A DNA stretch of 64,000 nt, taken from Auanema rhodensis. Its lineage: Eukaryota; Animalia; Nematoda. The notes under the pieces were generated by a model. It had not been told where the DNA came from and did not search any database. It was given only the letters and a program-made list of their open reading frames with translations. Made by a program: the position numbers and the translations under genes. Location: contig CAXKVF010000080.1 in assembly GCA_964057225.1 (NCBI GenBank), positions 186,001 to 250,000 of the forward strand, written 5' to 3'. Shown here in pieces: positions 12,501-26,000 of this stretch (the stretch's first letter is position 1; every line of letters begins with the position of its first letter).

Positions 12501-15312
12501 CATGACTTTGAATTTTACGTGAACTTTAATTTATGCTAATTAAATGTACACGTGATGTGCACTTGGTATGTAACTCGTTTCACGTGAAAGATAAAGAAAT
12601 GCGGTTTTCAAAATTAGATTCCCCATGTCCATATTAGTCTAAAAACAAATTTTTATTGATATTGGTTCATGGTAACCATGACTTTGAAATTTACGTGAAC
12701 TTTAATTTATGCTAATTAAATGTACACGTGATGTGCACTTGGTATGTAACTCGCTTCACGTGAAAGATAAAGAGATGCGGTTTTCAAAATTAGATTCCCC
12801 ATGTCCATATTAGTCTAAAAACAAATTTTTATTGATATTGCTTCATGGTAACCATGACTTTGAAATTTACGTGAACTTTAATTTATGCTAATTAAATGTA
12901 CACGTGATGTGCACTTGGTATGTAACTCGCTTCACGTGAAAGATAAAGAGATGCGGTTTTCAAAATTAGATTCCCCCTGTCCATATTAGTCTAAAAACAA
13001 ATTTTTATTGATATTGCTTCATGGTAACCATGACTTTGAAATTTACGTGAACTTTAATTTATGCTAATTAAATGTACACGTGATGTGCACTTGGTATGTA
13101 ACTCGCTTCACGTGAAAGATAAAGAGATGCGGTTTTCAAAATTAGATTCCCCATGTCCATATTAGTCTAAAAACAAATTTTTATTGATATTGCTTCATGG
13201 TAACCATGACTTTGAAATTTACGTGAACTTTAATTTATGCTAATTAAATGTACACGTGATGTGCACTTGGTATGTAACTCGCTTCACGTGAAAGATAAAG
13301 AGATGCGGTTTTCAAAATTAGATTCCCCATGTCCATATTAGTCTAAAAACAAATTTTTATTGATATTGGTGCATGGTAACCATGACTTTGAAATTTACGT
13401 GAACTTTAATTTATGCTAATTAAATGTACACGTGATGTGCACTTGGTATGTAACTCGCTTCACGTGAAAGATAAAGAGATGCGGTTTTCAAAATTAGATT
13501 CCCCATGTCCATATTAGTCTAAAAACAAATTTTTATTGATATTGGTTCATGGTAACCATGACTTTGAAATTTACGTGAACTTTAATTTATGCTAATTGAA
13601 TGTACACGTGATGTGCACTTGGTATGTAACTCGCTTCACGTGAAAGATAAAGAGATGCGGTTTTCAAAATTAGATTCCCCATGTCCATATTAGTCTAAAA
13701 ACAAATTTTTATTGATATTGCTTCATGGTAACCATGACTTTGAAATTTACGTGAACTTTAATTTATGCTAATTAAATGTACACGTGATGTGCACTTGGTA
13801 TGTAACTCGCTTCACGTGAAAGATAAAGAGATGCGGTTTTCAAAATTAGATTCCCCCTGTCCATATTAGTCTAAAAACAAATTTTTATTGATATTGGTGC
13901 ATGGTAACCATGACTTTGAAATTTACGTGAACTTTAATTTATGCTAATTAAATGTACACGTGATGTGCACTTGGTATGTAACTCGCTTCACGTGAAAGAT
14001 AAAGAGATGCGGTTTTCAAAATTAGATTCCCCATGTCCATATTAGTCTAAAAACAAATTTTTATTGATATTGCTTCATGGTAACCATGACTTTGAAATTT
14101 ACGTGAACTTTAATTTATGCTAATTAAATGTACACGTGATGTGCACTTGGTATGTAACTCGCTTCACGTGAAAGATAAAGAGATGCGGTTTTCAAAATTA
14201 GATTCCCCATGTCCATATTATTCTAAAAACAAATTTTTATTGATATTGCTTCATGGTAACCATGACTTTGAAATTTACGTGAACTTTAATTTATGCTAAT
14301 TAAATGTACACGTGATGTGCACTTGGTATGTAACTCGCTTCACGTGAAAGATAAAGAGATGCGGTTTTCAAAATTAGATTCCCCATGTCCATATTAGTCT
14401 AAAAACAAATTTTTATTGATATTGGTGCATGGTAACCATGACTTTGAAATTTACGTGAACTTTAATTTATGCTAATTAAATGTACACGTGATGTGCACTT
14501 GGTATGTAACTCGCTTCACGTGAAAGATAAAGAGATGCGGTTTTCAAAATTAGATTCCCCATGTCCATATTATTCTAAAAACAAATTTTTATTGATATTG
14601 CTTCATGGTAACCATGACTTTGAAATTTACGTGAACTTTAATTTATGCTAATTAAATGTACACGTGATGTGCACTTGGTATGTAACTCGCTTCACGTGAA
14701 AGATAAAGAGATGCGGTTTTCAAAATTAGATTCCCCATGTCCATATTAGTCTAAAAACAAATTTTTATTGATATTGGTGCATGGTAACCATGACTTTGAA
14801 ATTTACGTGAACTTTAATTTATGCTAATTAAATGTACACGTGATGTGCACTTGGTATGTAACTCGCTTCACGTGAAAGATAAAGAGATGCGGTTTTCAAA
14901 ATTAGATTCCCCATGTCCATATTAGTCTCAAAACAAATTTTTATTGATATTGGTTCATGGTAACCATGACTTTGAAATTTACGTGAACTTTAATTTATGC
15001 TAATTAAATGTACACGTGATGTGCACTTGGTATGTAACTCGCTTCACGTGAAAGATAAAGAGATGCGGTTTTCAAAATTAGATTCCCCATGTCCATATTA
15101 GTCTAAAAACAAATTTTTATTGATATTGGTGCATGGTAACCATGACTTTGAAATTTACGTGAACTTTAATTTATGCTAATTAAATGTACACGTGATGTGC
15201 ACTTGGTATGTAACTCGCTTCACGTGAAAGATAAAGAGATGCGGTTTTCAAAATTAGATTCCCCATGTCCATATTAGTCTAAAAACAAATTTTTATTGAT
15301 ATTGGTTCATGG
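3521..15312. repeat. Higher-order duplication: block ~3521-8272 re-occurs at ~9153-15312 (offset 32 monomers = 5632 bp, rising to 38-40 monomers after internal rearrangements)
   Basis: Shared rare variants: GATGAAG at 4321/9953 and TTATTCT at 4615/10247 (both 5632 apart), TAG>TAT at 7533/14221 (6688 = 38 x 176). The order of GTT/CTT/GTG subtypes also matches. Confidence 0.85.
10561..13376. repeat. Tandem 8-monomer duplication (1408-bp period)
   Basis: A monomer with three linked variants (GAATTTT, TCGTTT, AGAAAT) occurs twice, with TCGTTT at 11170 and 12578. The CCCCTG variant follows two monomers later in both copies. Confidence 0.8.
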
Positions 15313-18300
15313 TAACCATGACTTTGAAATTTACGTGAACTTTAATTTATGCTAATTAAATGTACACGTGATGTGCACTTGGTATGTAACTCGCTTCACG
15401 TGAAAGATAAAGAGATGCGGTTTCCAAAATTAGATTCCCCATGTCCATATTAGTCTAAAAACAAATTTTTATTGATATTGGTTCATGGTAACCATGACTT
15501 TGAAATTTACGTGAACTTTAATTTATGCTAATTAAATGTACACGTGATGTGCACTTGGTATGTAACTCGCTTCACGTGAAAGATAAAGAGATGCGGTTTT
15601 CAAAATTAGATTCCCCATGTCCATATTAGTCTAAAAACAAATTTTTATTGATATTGCTTCATGGTAACCATGACTTTGAAATTTACGTGAACTTTAATTT
15701 ATGCTAATTAAATGTACACGTGATGTGCACTTGGTATGTAACTCGCTTCACGTGAAAGATAAAGAGATGCGGTTTTCAAAATTAGATTCCCCATGTCCAT
15801 ATTAGTCTAAAAACAAATTTTTATTGATATTGGTTCATGGTAACCATGACTTTGAAATTTACGTGAACTTTAATTTATGCTAATTAAATGTACACGTGAT
15901 GTGCACTTGGTATGTAACTCGCTTCACGTGAAAGATAAAGAGATGCGGTTTTCAAAATTAGATTCCCCATGTCCATATTAGTCTAAAAACAAATTTTTAT
16001 TGATATTGGTTCATGGTAACCATGACTTTGAAATTTACGTGAACTTTAATTTATGCTAATTAAATGTACACGTGATGTGCACTTGGTATGTAACTCGCTT
16101 CACGTGAAAGATAAAGAGATGCGGTTTTCAAAATTAGATTCCCCATGTCCATATTAGTCTAAAAACAAATTTTTATTGATATTGCTTCATGGTAACCATG
16201 ACTTTGAAATTTACGTGAACTTTAATTTATGCTAATTAAATGTACACGTGATGTGCACTTGGTATGTAACTCGCTTCACGTGAAAGATAAAGAGATGCGG
16301 TTTTCAAAATTAGATTCCCCATGTCCATATTAGTCTAAAAACAAATTTTTATTGATATTGGTTCATGGTAACCATGACTTTGAATTTTACGTGAACTTTA
16401 ATTTATGCTAATTAAATGTACACGTGATGTGCACTTGGTATGTAACTCGCTTCACGTGAAAGATAAAGAGATGCGGTTTTCAAAATTAGATTCCCCATGT
16501 CCATATTAGTCTAAAAACAAATTTTTATTGATATTGCTTCATGGTAACCATGACTTTGAAATTTACGTGAACTTTAATTTATGCTAATTAAATGTACACG
16601 TGATGTGCACTTGGTATGTAACTCGCTTCACGTGAAAGATAAAGAGATGCGGTTTTCAAAATTAGATTCCCCCTGTCCATATTAGTCTAAAAACAAATTT
16701 TTATTGATATTGCTTCATGGTAACCATGACTTTGAAATTTACGTGAACTTTAATTTATGCTAATTAAATGTACACGTGATGTGCACTTGGTATGTAACTC
16801 GCTTCACGTGAAAGATAAAGAGATGCGGTTTTCAAAATTAGATTCCCCATGTCCATATTAGTCTAAAAACAAATTTTTATTGATATTGCTTCATGGTAAC
16901 CATGACTTTGAAATTTACGTGAACTTTAATTTATGCTAATTAAATGTACACGTGATGTGCACTTGGTATGTAACTCGCTTCACGTGAAAGATAAAGAGAT
17001 GCGGTTTTCAAAATTAGATTCCCCATGTCCATATTAGTCTAAAAACAAATTTTTATTGATATTGCTTCATGGTAACCATGACTTTGAAATTTACGTGAAC
17101 TTTAATTTATGCTAATTAAATGTACACGTGATGTGCACTTGGTATGTAACTCGCTTCACGTGAAAGATAAAGAGATGCGGTTTTCAAAATTAGATTCCCC
17201 ATGTCCATATTAGTCTCAAAACAAATTTTTATTGATATTGGTTCATGGTAACCATGACTTTGAAATTTACGTGAACTTTAATTTATGCTAATTAAATGTA
17301 CACGTGATGTGCACTTGGTATGTAACTCGCTTCACGTGAAAGATAAAGAGATGCGGTTTTCAAAATTAGATTCCCCATGTCCATATTAGTCTAAAAACAA
17401 ATTTTTATTGATATTGGTGCATGGTAACCATGACTTTGAAATTTACGTGAACTTTAATTTATGCTAATTAAATGTACACGTGATGTGCACTTGGTATGTA
17501 ACTCGCTTCACGTGAAAGATAAAGAGATGCGGTTTTCAAAATTAGATTCCCCATGTCCATATTAGTCTCAAAACAAATTTTTATTGATATTGGTTCATGG
17601 TAACCATGACTTTGAAATTTACGTGAACTTTAATTTATGCTAATTAAATGTACACGTGATGTGCACTTGGTATGTAACTCGCTTCACGTGAAAGATAAAG
17701 AGATGCGGTTTTCAAAATTAGATTCCCCATGTCCATATTAGTCTAAAAACAAATTTTTATTGATATTGGTGCATGGTAACCATGACTTTGAAATTTACGT
17801 GAACTTTAATTTATGCTAATTAAATGTACACGTGATGTGCACTTGGTATGTAACTCGCTTCACGTGAAAGATAAAGAGATGCGGTTCTCAAAATTAGATT
17901 CCCCATGTCCATATTAGTCTAAAAACAAATTTTTATTGATATTGGTTCATGGTAACCATGACTTTGAATTTTACGTGAACTTTAATTTATGCTAATTAAA
18001 TGTACACGTGATGTGCACTTGGTATGTAACTCGCTTCACGTGAAAGATAAAGAGATGCGGTTTTCAAAATTAGATTCCCCATGTCCATATTAGTCTAAAA
18101 ACAAATTTTTATTGATATTGGTGCATGGTAACCATGACTTTGAAATTTACGTGAACTTTAATTTATGCTAATTAAATGTACACGTGATGTGCACTTGGTA
18201 TGTAACTCGCTTCACGTGAAAGATAAAGAGATGCGGTTTTCAAAATTAGATTCCCCATGTCCATATTAGTCTAAAAACAAATTTTTATTGATATTGGTGC

Positions 18301-21300
18301 ATGGTAACCATGACTTTGAAATTTACGTGAACTTTAATTTATGCTAATTAAATGTACACGTGATGTGCACTTGGTATGTAACTCGCTTCACGTGAAAGAT
18401 AAAGAGATGCGGTTTTCAAAATTAGATTCCCCATGTCCATATTAGTCTAAAAACAAATTTTTATTGATATTGCTTCATGGTAACCATGACTTTGAAATTT
18501 ACGTGAACTTTAATTTATGCTAATTAAATGTACACGTGATGTGCACTTGGTATGTAACTCGCTTCACGTGAAAGATAAAGAGATGCGGTTTTCAAAATTA
18601 GATTCCCCATGTCCATATTAGTCTAAAAACAAATTTTTTTTGATATTGCTTCATGGTAACCATGACTTTGAAATTTACGTGAACTTTAATTTATGCTAAT
18701 TAAATGTACACGTGATGTGCACTTGGTATGTAACTCGCTTCACGTGAAAGATAAAGAGATGCGGTTTTCAAAATTAGATTCCCCATGTCCATATTAGTCT
18801 AAAAACAAATTTTTATTGATATTGGTGCATGGTAACCATGACTTTGAAATTTACGTGAACTTTAATTTATGCTAATTAAATGTACACGTGATGTGCACTT
18901 GGTATGTAACTCGCTTCACGTGAAAGATAAAGAGATGCGGTTTTCAAAATTAGATTCCCCATGTCCATATTAGTCTCAAAACAAATTTTTATTGATATTG
19001 GTTCATGGTAACCATGACTTTGAAATTTACGTGAACTTTAATTTATGCTAATTAAATGTACACGTGATGTGCACTTGGTATGTAACTCGCTTCACGTGAA
19101 AGATAAAGAGATGCGGTTTTCAAAATTAGATTCCCCATGTCCATATTAGTCTCAAAACAAATTTTTATTGATATTGGTTCATGGTAACCATGACTTTGAA
19201 ATTTACGTGAACTTTAATTTATGCTAATTAAATGTACACGTGATGTGCACTTGGTATGTAACTCGCTTCACGTGAAAGATAAAGAGATGCGGTTTTCAAA
19301 ATTAGATTCCCCATGTCCATATTAGTCTAAAAACAAATTTTTATTGATATTGGTGCATGGTAACCATGACTTTGAAATTTACGTGAACTTTAATTTATGC
19401 TAATTAAATGTACACGTGATGTGCACTTGGTATGTAACTCGCTTCACGTGAAAGATAAAGAGATGCGGTTTTCAAAATTAGATTCCCCATGTCCATATTA
19501 GTCTAAAAACAAATTTTTATTGATATTGGTGCATGGTAACCATGACTTTGAAAATTACGTGAACTTTAATTTTTGCTAATTAAATGTACACGTGATGTGC
19601 ACTTGGTATGTAACTCGCTTCACGTGAAAGATAAAGAGATGCGGTTTTCAAAATTAGATTCCCCATGTCCATATTAGTCTAAAAACAAATTTTTATTGAT
19701 ATTGCTTCATGGTAACCATGACTTTGAAATTTACGTGAACTTTAATTTATGCTAATTAAATGTACACGTGATGTGCACTTGGTATGTAACTCGCTTCACG
19801 TGAAAGATAAAGAGATGCGGTTTTCAAAATTAGATTCCCCCTGTCCATATTAGTCTAAAAACAAATTTTTATTGATATTGCTTCATGGTAACCATGACTT
19901 TGAAATTTACGTGAACTTTAATTTATGCTAATTAAATGTACACGTGATGTGCACTTGGTATGTAACTCGCTTCACGTGAAAGATAAAGAGATGCGGTTTT
20001 CAAAATTAGATTCCCCATGTCCATATTAGTCTAAAAACAAATTTTTATTGATATTGCTTCATGGTAACCATGACTTTGAAATTTACGTGAACTTTAATTT
20101 ATGCTAATTAAATGTACACGTGATGTGCACTTGGTATGTAACTCGCTTCACGTGAAAGATAAAGAGATGCGGTTTTCAAAATTAGATTCCCCATGTCCAT
20201 ATTAGTCGAAAAACAAATTTTTATTGATATTGGTGCATGGTAACCATGACTTTGAAATTTACGTGAACTTTAATTTATGCTAATTAAATGTACACGTGAT
20301 GTGCACTTGGTATGTAACTCGCTTCACGTGAAAGATAAAGAGATGCGGTTTTCAAAATTAGATTCCCCATGTCCATATTAGTCTAAAAACAAATTTTTAT
20401 TGATATTGCTTCATGGTAACCATGACTTTGAAATTTACGTGAACTTTAATTTATGCTAATTAAATGTACACGTGATGTGCACTTGGTATGTAACTCGCTT
20501 CACGTGAAAGATAAAGAGATGCGGTTTTCAAAAATAGATTCCCCATGTCCATATTAGTCTAAAAACAAATTTTTATTGATATTGGTGCATGGTAACCATG
20601 ACTTTGAAATTTACGTGAACTTTAATTTATGCTAATTAAATGTACACGTGATGTGCACTTGGTATGTAACTCGCTTCACGTGAAAGATAAAGAGATGCGG
20701 TTTTCAAAATTAGATTCCCCATGTCCATATTAGTCTAAAAACAAATTTTTATTGATATTGGTTCATGGTAACCATGACTTTGAAATTTACGTGAACTTTA
20801 ATTTATGCTAATTAAATGTACACGTGATGTGCACTTGGTATGTAACTCGCTTCACGTGAAAGAAGAAGAGATGCGGTTTTCAAAATTAGATTCCCCATGT
20901 CCATATTAGTCTAAAAACAAATTTTTATTGATATTGGTTCATGGTAACCATGACTTTGAAATTTACGTGAACTTTAATTTATGCTAATTAAATGTACACG
21001 TGATGTGCACTTGGTATGTAACTCGCTTCACGTGAAAGATAAAGAGATGCGGTTTTCAAAATTAGATTCCCCATGTCCATATTAGTCTAAAAACAAATTT
21101 TTATTGATATTGGTGCATGGTAACCATGACTTTGAAATTTACGTGAACTTTAATTTATGCTAATTAAATGTACACGTGATGTGCACTTAGTATGTAACTC
21201 GCTTCACGTGAAAGATAAAGAGATGCGGTTTTCAAAATTAGATTCCCCATGTCCATATTAGTCTAAAAACAAATTTTTATTGATATTGGTTCATGGTAAC

Positions 21301-23092
21301 CATGACTTTGAAATTTACGTGAACTTTAATTTATGCTAATTAAATGTACACGTGATGTGCACTTGGTATGTAACTCGCTTCACGTGAAAGATAAAGAGAT
21401 GCGGTTTTCAACATTAGATTCCCCATGTCCATATTAGTCTAAAAACAAATTTTTATTGATATTGGTGCATGGTAACCATGACTTTGAAATTTACGTGAAC
21501 TTTAATTTATGCTAATTAAATGTACACGTGATGTGCACTTGGTATGTAACTCGCTTCACGTGAAAGATAAAGTGATGCGGTTTTCAAAATTAGATTCCCC
21601 ATGTCCATATTAGTCTAAAAACAAATTTAAATTGATATTGGTTCATGGTAACCATGACTTTGAAATTTACGTGAACTTTAATTTATGCTAATTAAATGTA
21701 CACGTGATGTGCACTTGGTATGTAACTCGCTTCACGTGAAAGATAAAGAGATGCGGTTTTCAACATTAGATTCCCCATGTCCATATTAGTCTAAAAACAA
21801 ATTTGTATTGATATTGGTTCATGGTAACCATGACTTTGAAATTTACGTGAACTTTAATTTATGCTAATTAAATGTACACGTGATGTGCACTTGGTATGTA
21901 ACTCGCTTCACGTGAAAGATAAAGAGATGCGGTTTTCAAAAATAGATTCCCCATGTCCATATTAGTCTAAAAACAAATTTTTATTGATATTGGTGCATGG
22001 TAACCATGACTTTGAAATTTACGTGAACTTTAATTTATGTTAATTAAATGTACACGTGATGTGCACTTGGTATGTAACTCGCTTCACGTGAAAGATAAAG
22101 AGATGCGGTTTTCAAAATTAGATTCCCCATGTCCATATTAGTCTAAAAACAAATTTTTATTGATATTGGTTCATGGTAACCATGACTTTGAAATTTACGT
22201 GAACTTTAATTTATGCTAATTAAATGTACACGTGATGTGCACTTGGTATGTAACTCGCTTCACGTGAAAGAAGAAGAGATGCGGTTTTCAAAATTAGATT
22301 CCCCATGTCCATATTAGTCTAAAAACAAATTTTTATTGATATTGGTTCATGGTAACCATGACTTTGAAATTTACGTGAACTTTAATTTATGCTAATTAAA
22401 TGTACACGTGATGTGCACTTGGTATGTAACTCGCTTCACGTGAAAGAAGAAGAGATGCGGTTTTCAAAATTAGATTCCCCATGTCCATATTAGTCTAAAA
22501 ACAAATTTTTATTGATATTGGTTCATGGTAACCATGACTTTGAAATTTACGTGAACTTTAATTTATGCTAATTAAATGTACACGTGATGTGCACTTGGTA
22601 TGTAACTCGCTTCACGTGAAAGATAAAGAGATGCGGTTTTCAAAATTAGATTCCCCATGTCCATATTAGTCTAAAAACAAATTTTTATTGATATTGGTGC
22701 ATGGTAACCATGACTTTGAAATTTACGTGAACTTTAATTTATGCTAATTAAATGTACACGTGATGTGCACTTGGTATGTAACTCGCTTCACGTGAAAGAT
22801 AAAGAGATGCGGTTTTCAAAATTAGATTCCCCATGTCCATATTAGTCTAAAAACAAATTTTTATTGATATTGGTTCATGGTAACCATGACTTTGAAATTT
22901 ACGTGAACTTTAATTTATGCTAATTAAATGTACACGTGATGTGCACTTGGTATGTAACTCGCTTCACGTGAAAGATAAAGAGATGCGGTTTTCAAAATTA
23001 GATTCCCCATGTCCATATTAGTCTAAAAACAAATTTTTATTGATATTGGTGCATGGTAACCATGACTTTGAAATTTACGTGAACTTTAATTC

Positions 23093-26000
23093 ATGCTAAT
23101 TAAATGTACACGTGATGTGCACTTGGTATGTAACTCGCTTCACGTGAAAGATAAAGAGATGCGGTTTTCAAAATTAGATTCCCCATGTCCATATTAGTCT
23201 AAAAACAAATTTTTATTGATATTGGTTCATGGTAACCATGACTTTGAAATTTACGTGAACTTTAATTTATGCTAATTAAATGTACACGTGATGTGCACTT
23301 GGTATGTAACTCGCTTCACGTGAAAGATAAAGAGATGCGGTTTTCAAAATTAGATTCCCCATGTCCATATTAGTCTAAAAACAAATTTTTATTGATATTG
23401 CTTCATGGTAACCATGACTTTGAAATTTACGTGAACTTTAATTTATGCTAATTAAATGTACACGTGATGTGCACTTGGTATGTAACTCGCTTCACGTGAA
23501 AGATAAAGAGATGCGGTTTTCAAAATTAGATTCCCCATGTCCATATTAGTCTAAAAACAAATTTTTATTGATATTGGTTCATGGTAACCATGACTTTGAA
23601 ATTTACGTGAACTTTAATTTATGCTAATTAAATGTATACGTGATGTGCACTTGGTATGTAACTCGCTTCACGTGAAAGATAAAGAGATGCGGTTTTCAAA
23701 ATTAGATTCCCCATGTCCATATTAGTCTAAAAACAAATTTTTATTGATATTGGTGCATGGTAACCATGACTTTGAAATTTACGTGAACTTTAATTTATGC
23801 TAATTAAATGTACACGTGATGTGCACTTGGTATGTAACTCGCTTCACGTGAAAGATAAAGAGATGCGGTTTCCAAAATTAGATTCCCCATGTCCATATTA
23901 GTCTAAAAACAAATTTTTATTGATATTGGTGCATGGTAACCATGACTTTGAAATTTACGTGAACTTTAATTTATGCTTATTAAATGTACACGTGATGTGC
24001 ACTTGGTATGTAACTCGCTTCACGTGAAAGATAAAGAGATGCGGTTTTCAAAATTAGATTCCCCATGTCCATATTAGTCTCAAAACAAATTTTTATTGAT
24101 ATTGGTTCATGGTAACCATGACTTTGAAATTTACGTGAACTTTAATTTATGCTAATTAAATGTACACGTGATGTGCACTTGGTATGTAACTCGCTTCACG
24201 TGAAAGATAAAGAGATGCGGTTTTCAAAATTAGATTCCCCATGTCCATATTAGTCTAAAAACAAATTTTTATTGATATTGCTTCATGGTAACCATGACTT
24301 TGAAATTTACGTGAACTTTAATTTATGCTAATTAAATGTACACGAGATGTGCACTTGGTATGTAACTCGCTTCACGTGAAAGATAAAGAGATGCGGTTTT
24401 CAAAATTAGATTCCCCATGTCCATATTAGTCTAAAAACAAATTTTTATTGATATTGGTGCATGGTAACCATGACTTTGAAATTTACGTGAACTTTAATTT
24501 ATGCTAATTAAATGTACACGTGATGTGCACTTGGTATGTAACTCGCTTCACGTCAAAGATAAAGAGATGCGGTTTTCAAAATTAGATTCCCCATGTCCAT
24601 ATTAGTCTAAAAACAAATTTTTATTGATATTGGTGCATGGTAACCATGACTTTGAAATTTACGTGAACTTTAATTTATGCTTATTAAATGTACACGTGAT
24701 GTGCACTTGGTATGTAACTCGCTTCACGTGAAAGATAAAGAGATGCGGTTTTCAAAATTAGATTCCCCATGTCCATATTAGTCTAAAAACAAATTTTTAT
24801 TGATATTGGTGCATGGTAACCATGACTTTGAAATTTACGTGAACTTTAATTTATGCTAATTAAATGTACACGTGATGTGCACTTGGTATGTAACTCGCTT
24901 CACGTGAAAGATAAAGAGATGCGGTTTTCAAAATTAGATTCCCCATGTCCATATTAGTCTCAAAACAAATTTTTATTGATATTGCTTCATGGTAACCATG
25001 ACTTTGAAATTTACGTGAACTTTAATTTATGCTAATTAAATGTACACGAGATGTGCACTTGGTATGTAACTCGCTTCACGTGAAAGATAAAGAGATGCGG
25101 TTTTCAAAATTAGATTCCCCATGTCCATATTAGTCTAAAAACAAATTTTTATTGATATTGGTGCATGGTAACCATGATTTTGAAATTTACGTGAACTTTA
25201 ATCTATGCTAATTAAATGTACACGTGATGTGCACTTGGTATGTAACTCGCTTCACGTGAAAGATAAAGAGATGCGGTTTTCAAAATTAGATTCCCCATGT
25301 CCATATTAGTCTCAAAACAAATTTTTATTGATATTGGTTCATGGTAACCATGACTTTGAAATTTACGTGAACTTTAATTTATGCTAATTAAATGTACACG
25401 TGATGTGCACTTGGTATGTAACTCGCTTCACGTGAAAGATAAAGAGATGCGGTTTTCAAAATTTGATTCCCCATGTCCATATTAGTCTCAAAACAAATTT
25501 TTATTGATATTGGTTCATGGTAATCATGACTTTGAAATTTACGTGAACTTTAATTTATGCTAATTAAATGTACACGTGATGTGCACTTGGTATGTAACTC
25601 GCTTCACGTGAAAGATAAAGAGATGCGGTTTTCAAAATTAGATTCCCCATGTCCATATTAGTCTAAAAACAAATTTTTATTGATATTGCTTCATGGTAAC
25701 CATGACTTTGAAATTTACGTGAACTTTAATTTATGCTAATTAAATGTACACGAGATGTGCACTTGGTATGTAACTTGCTTCACGTGAAAGATAAAGAGAT
25801 GCGGTTTTCAAAATTAGATTCCCCATGTCCATATTAGTCTAAAAACAAATTTTTATTGATATTGGTGCATGGTAACCATGATTTTGAAATTTACGTGAAC
25901 TTTAATTTATGCTAATTAAATGTACACGTGATGTGCACTTGGTATGTAACTCGCTTCACGTGAAAGATAAAGAGATGCGGTTTTCAAAATTAGATTCCCC

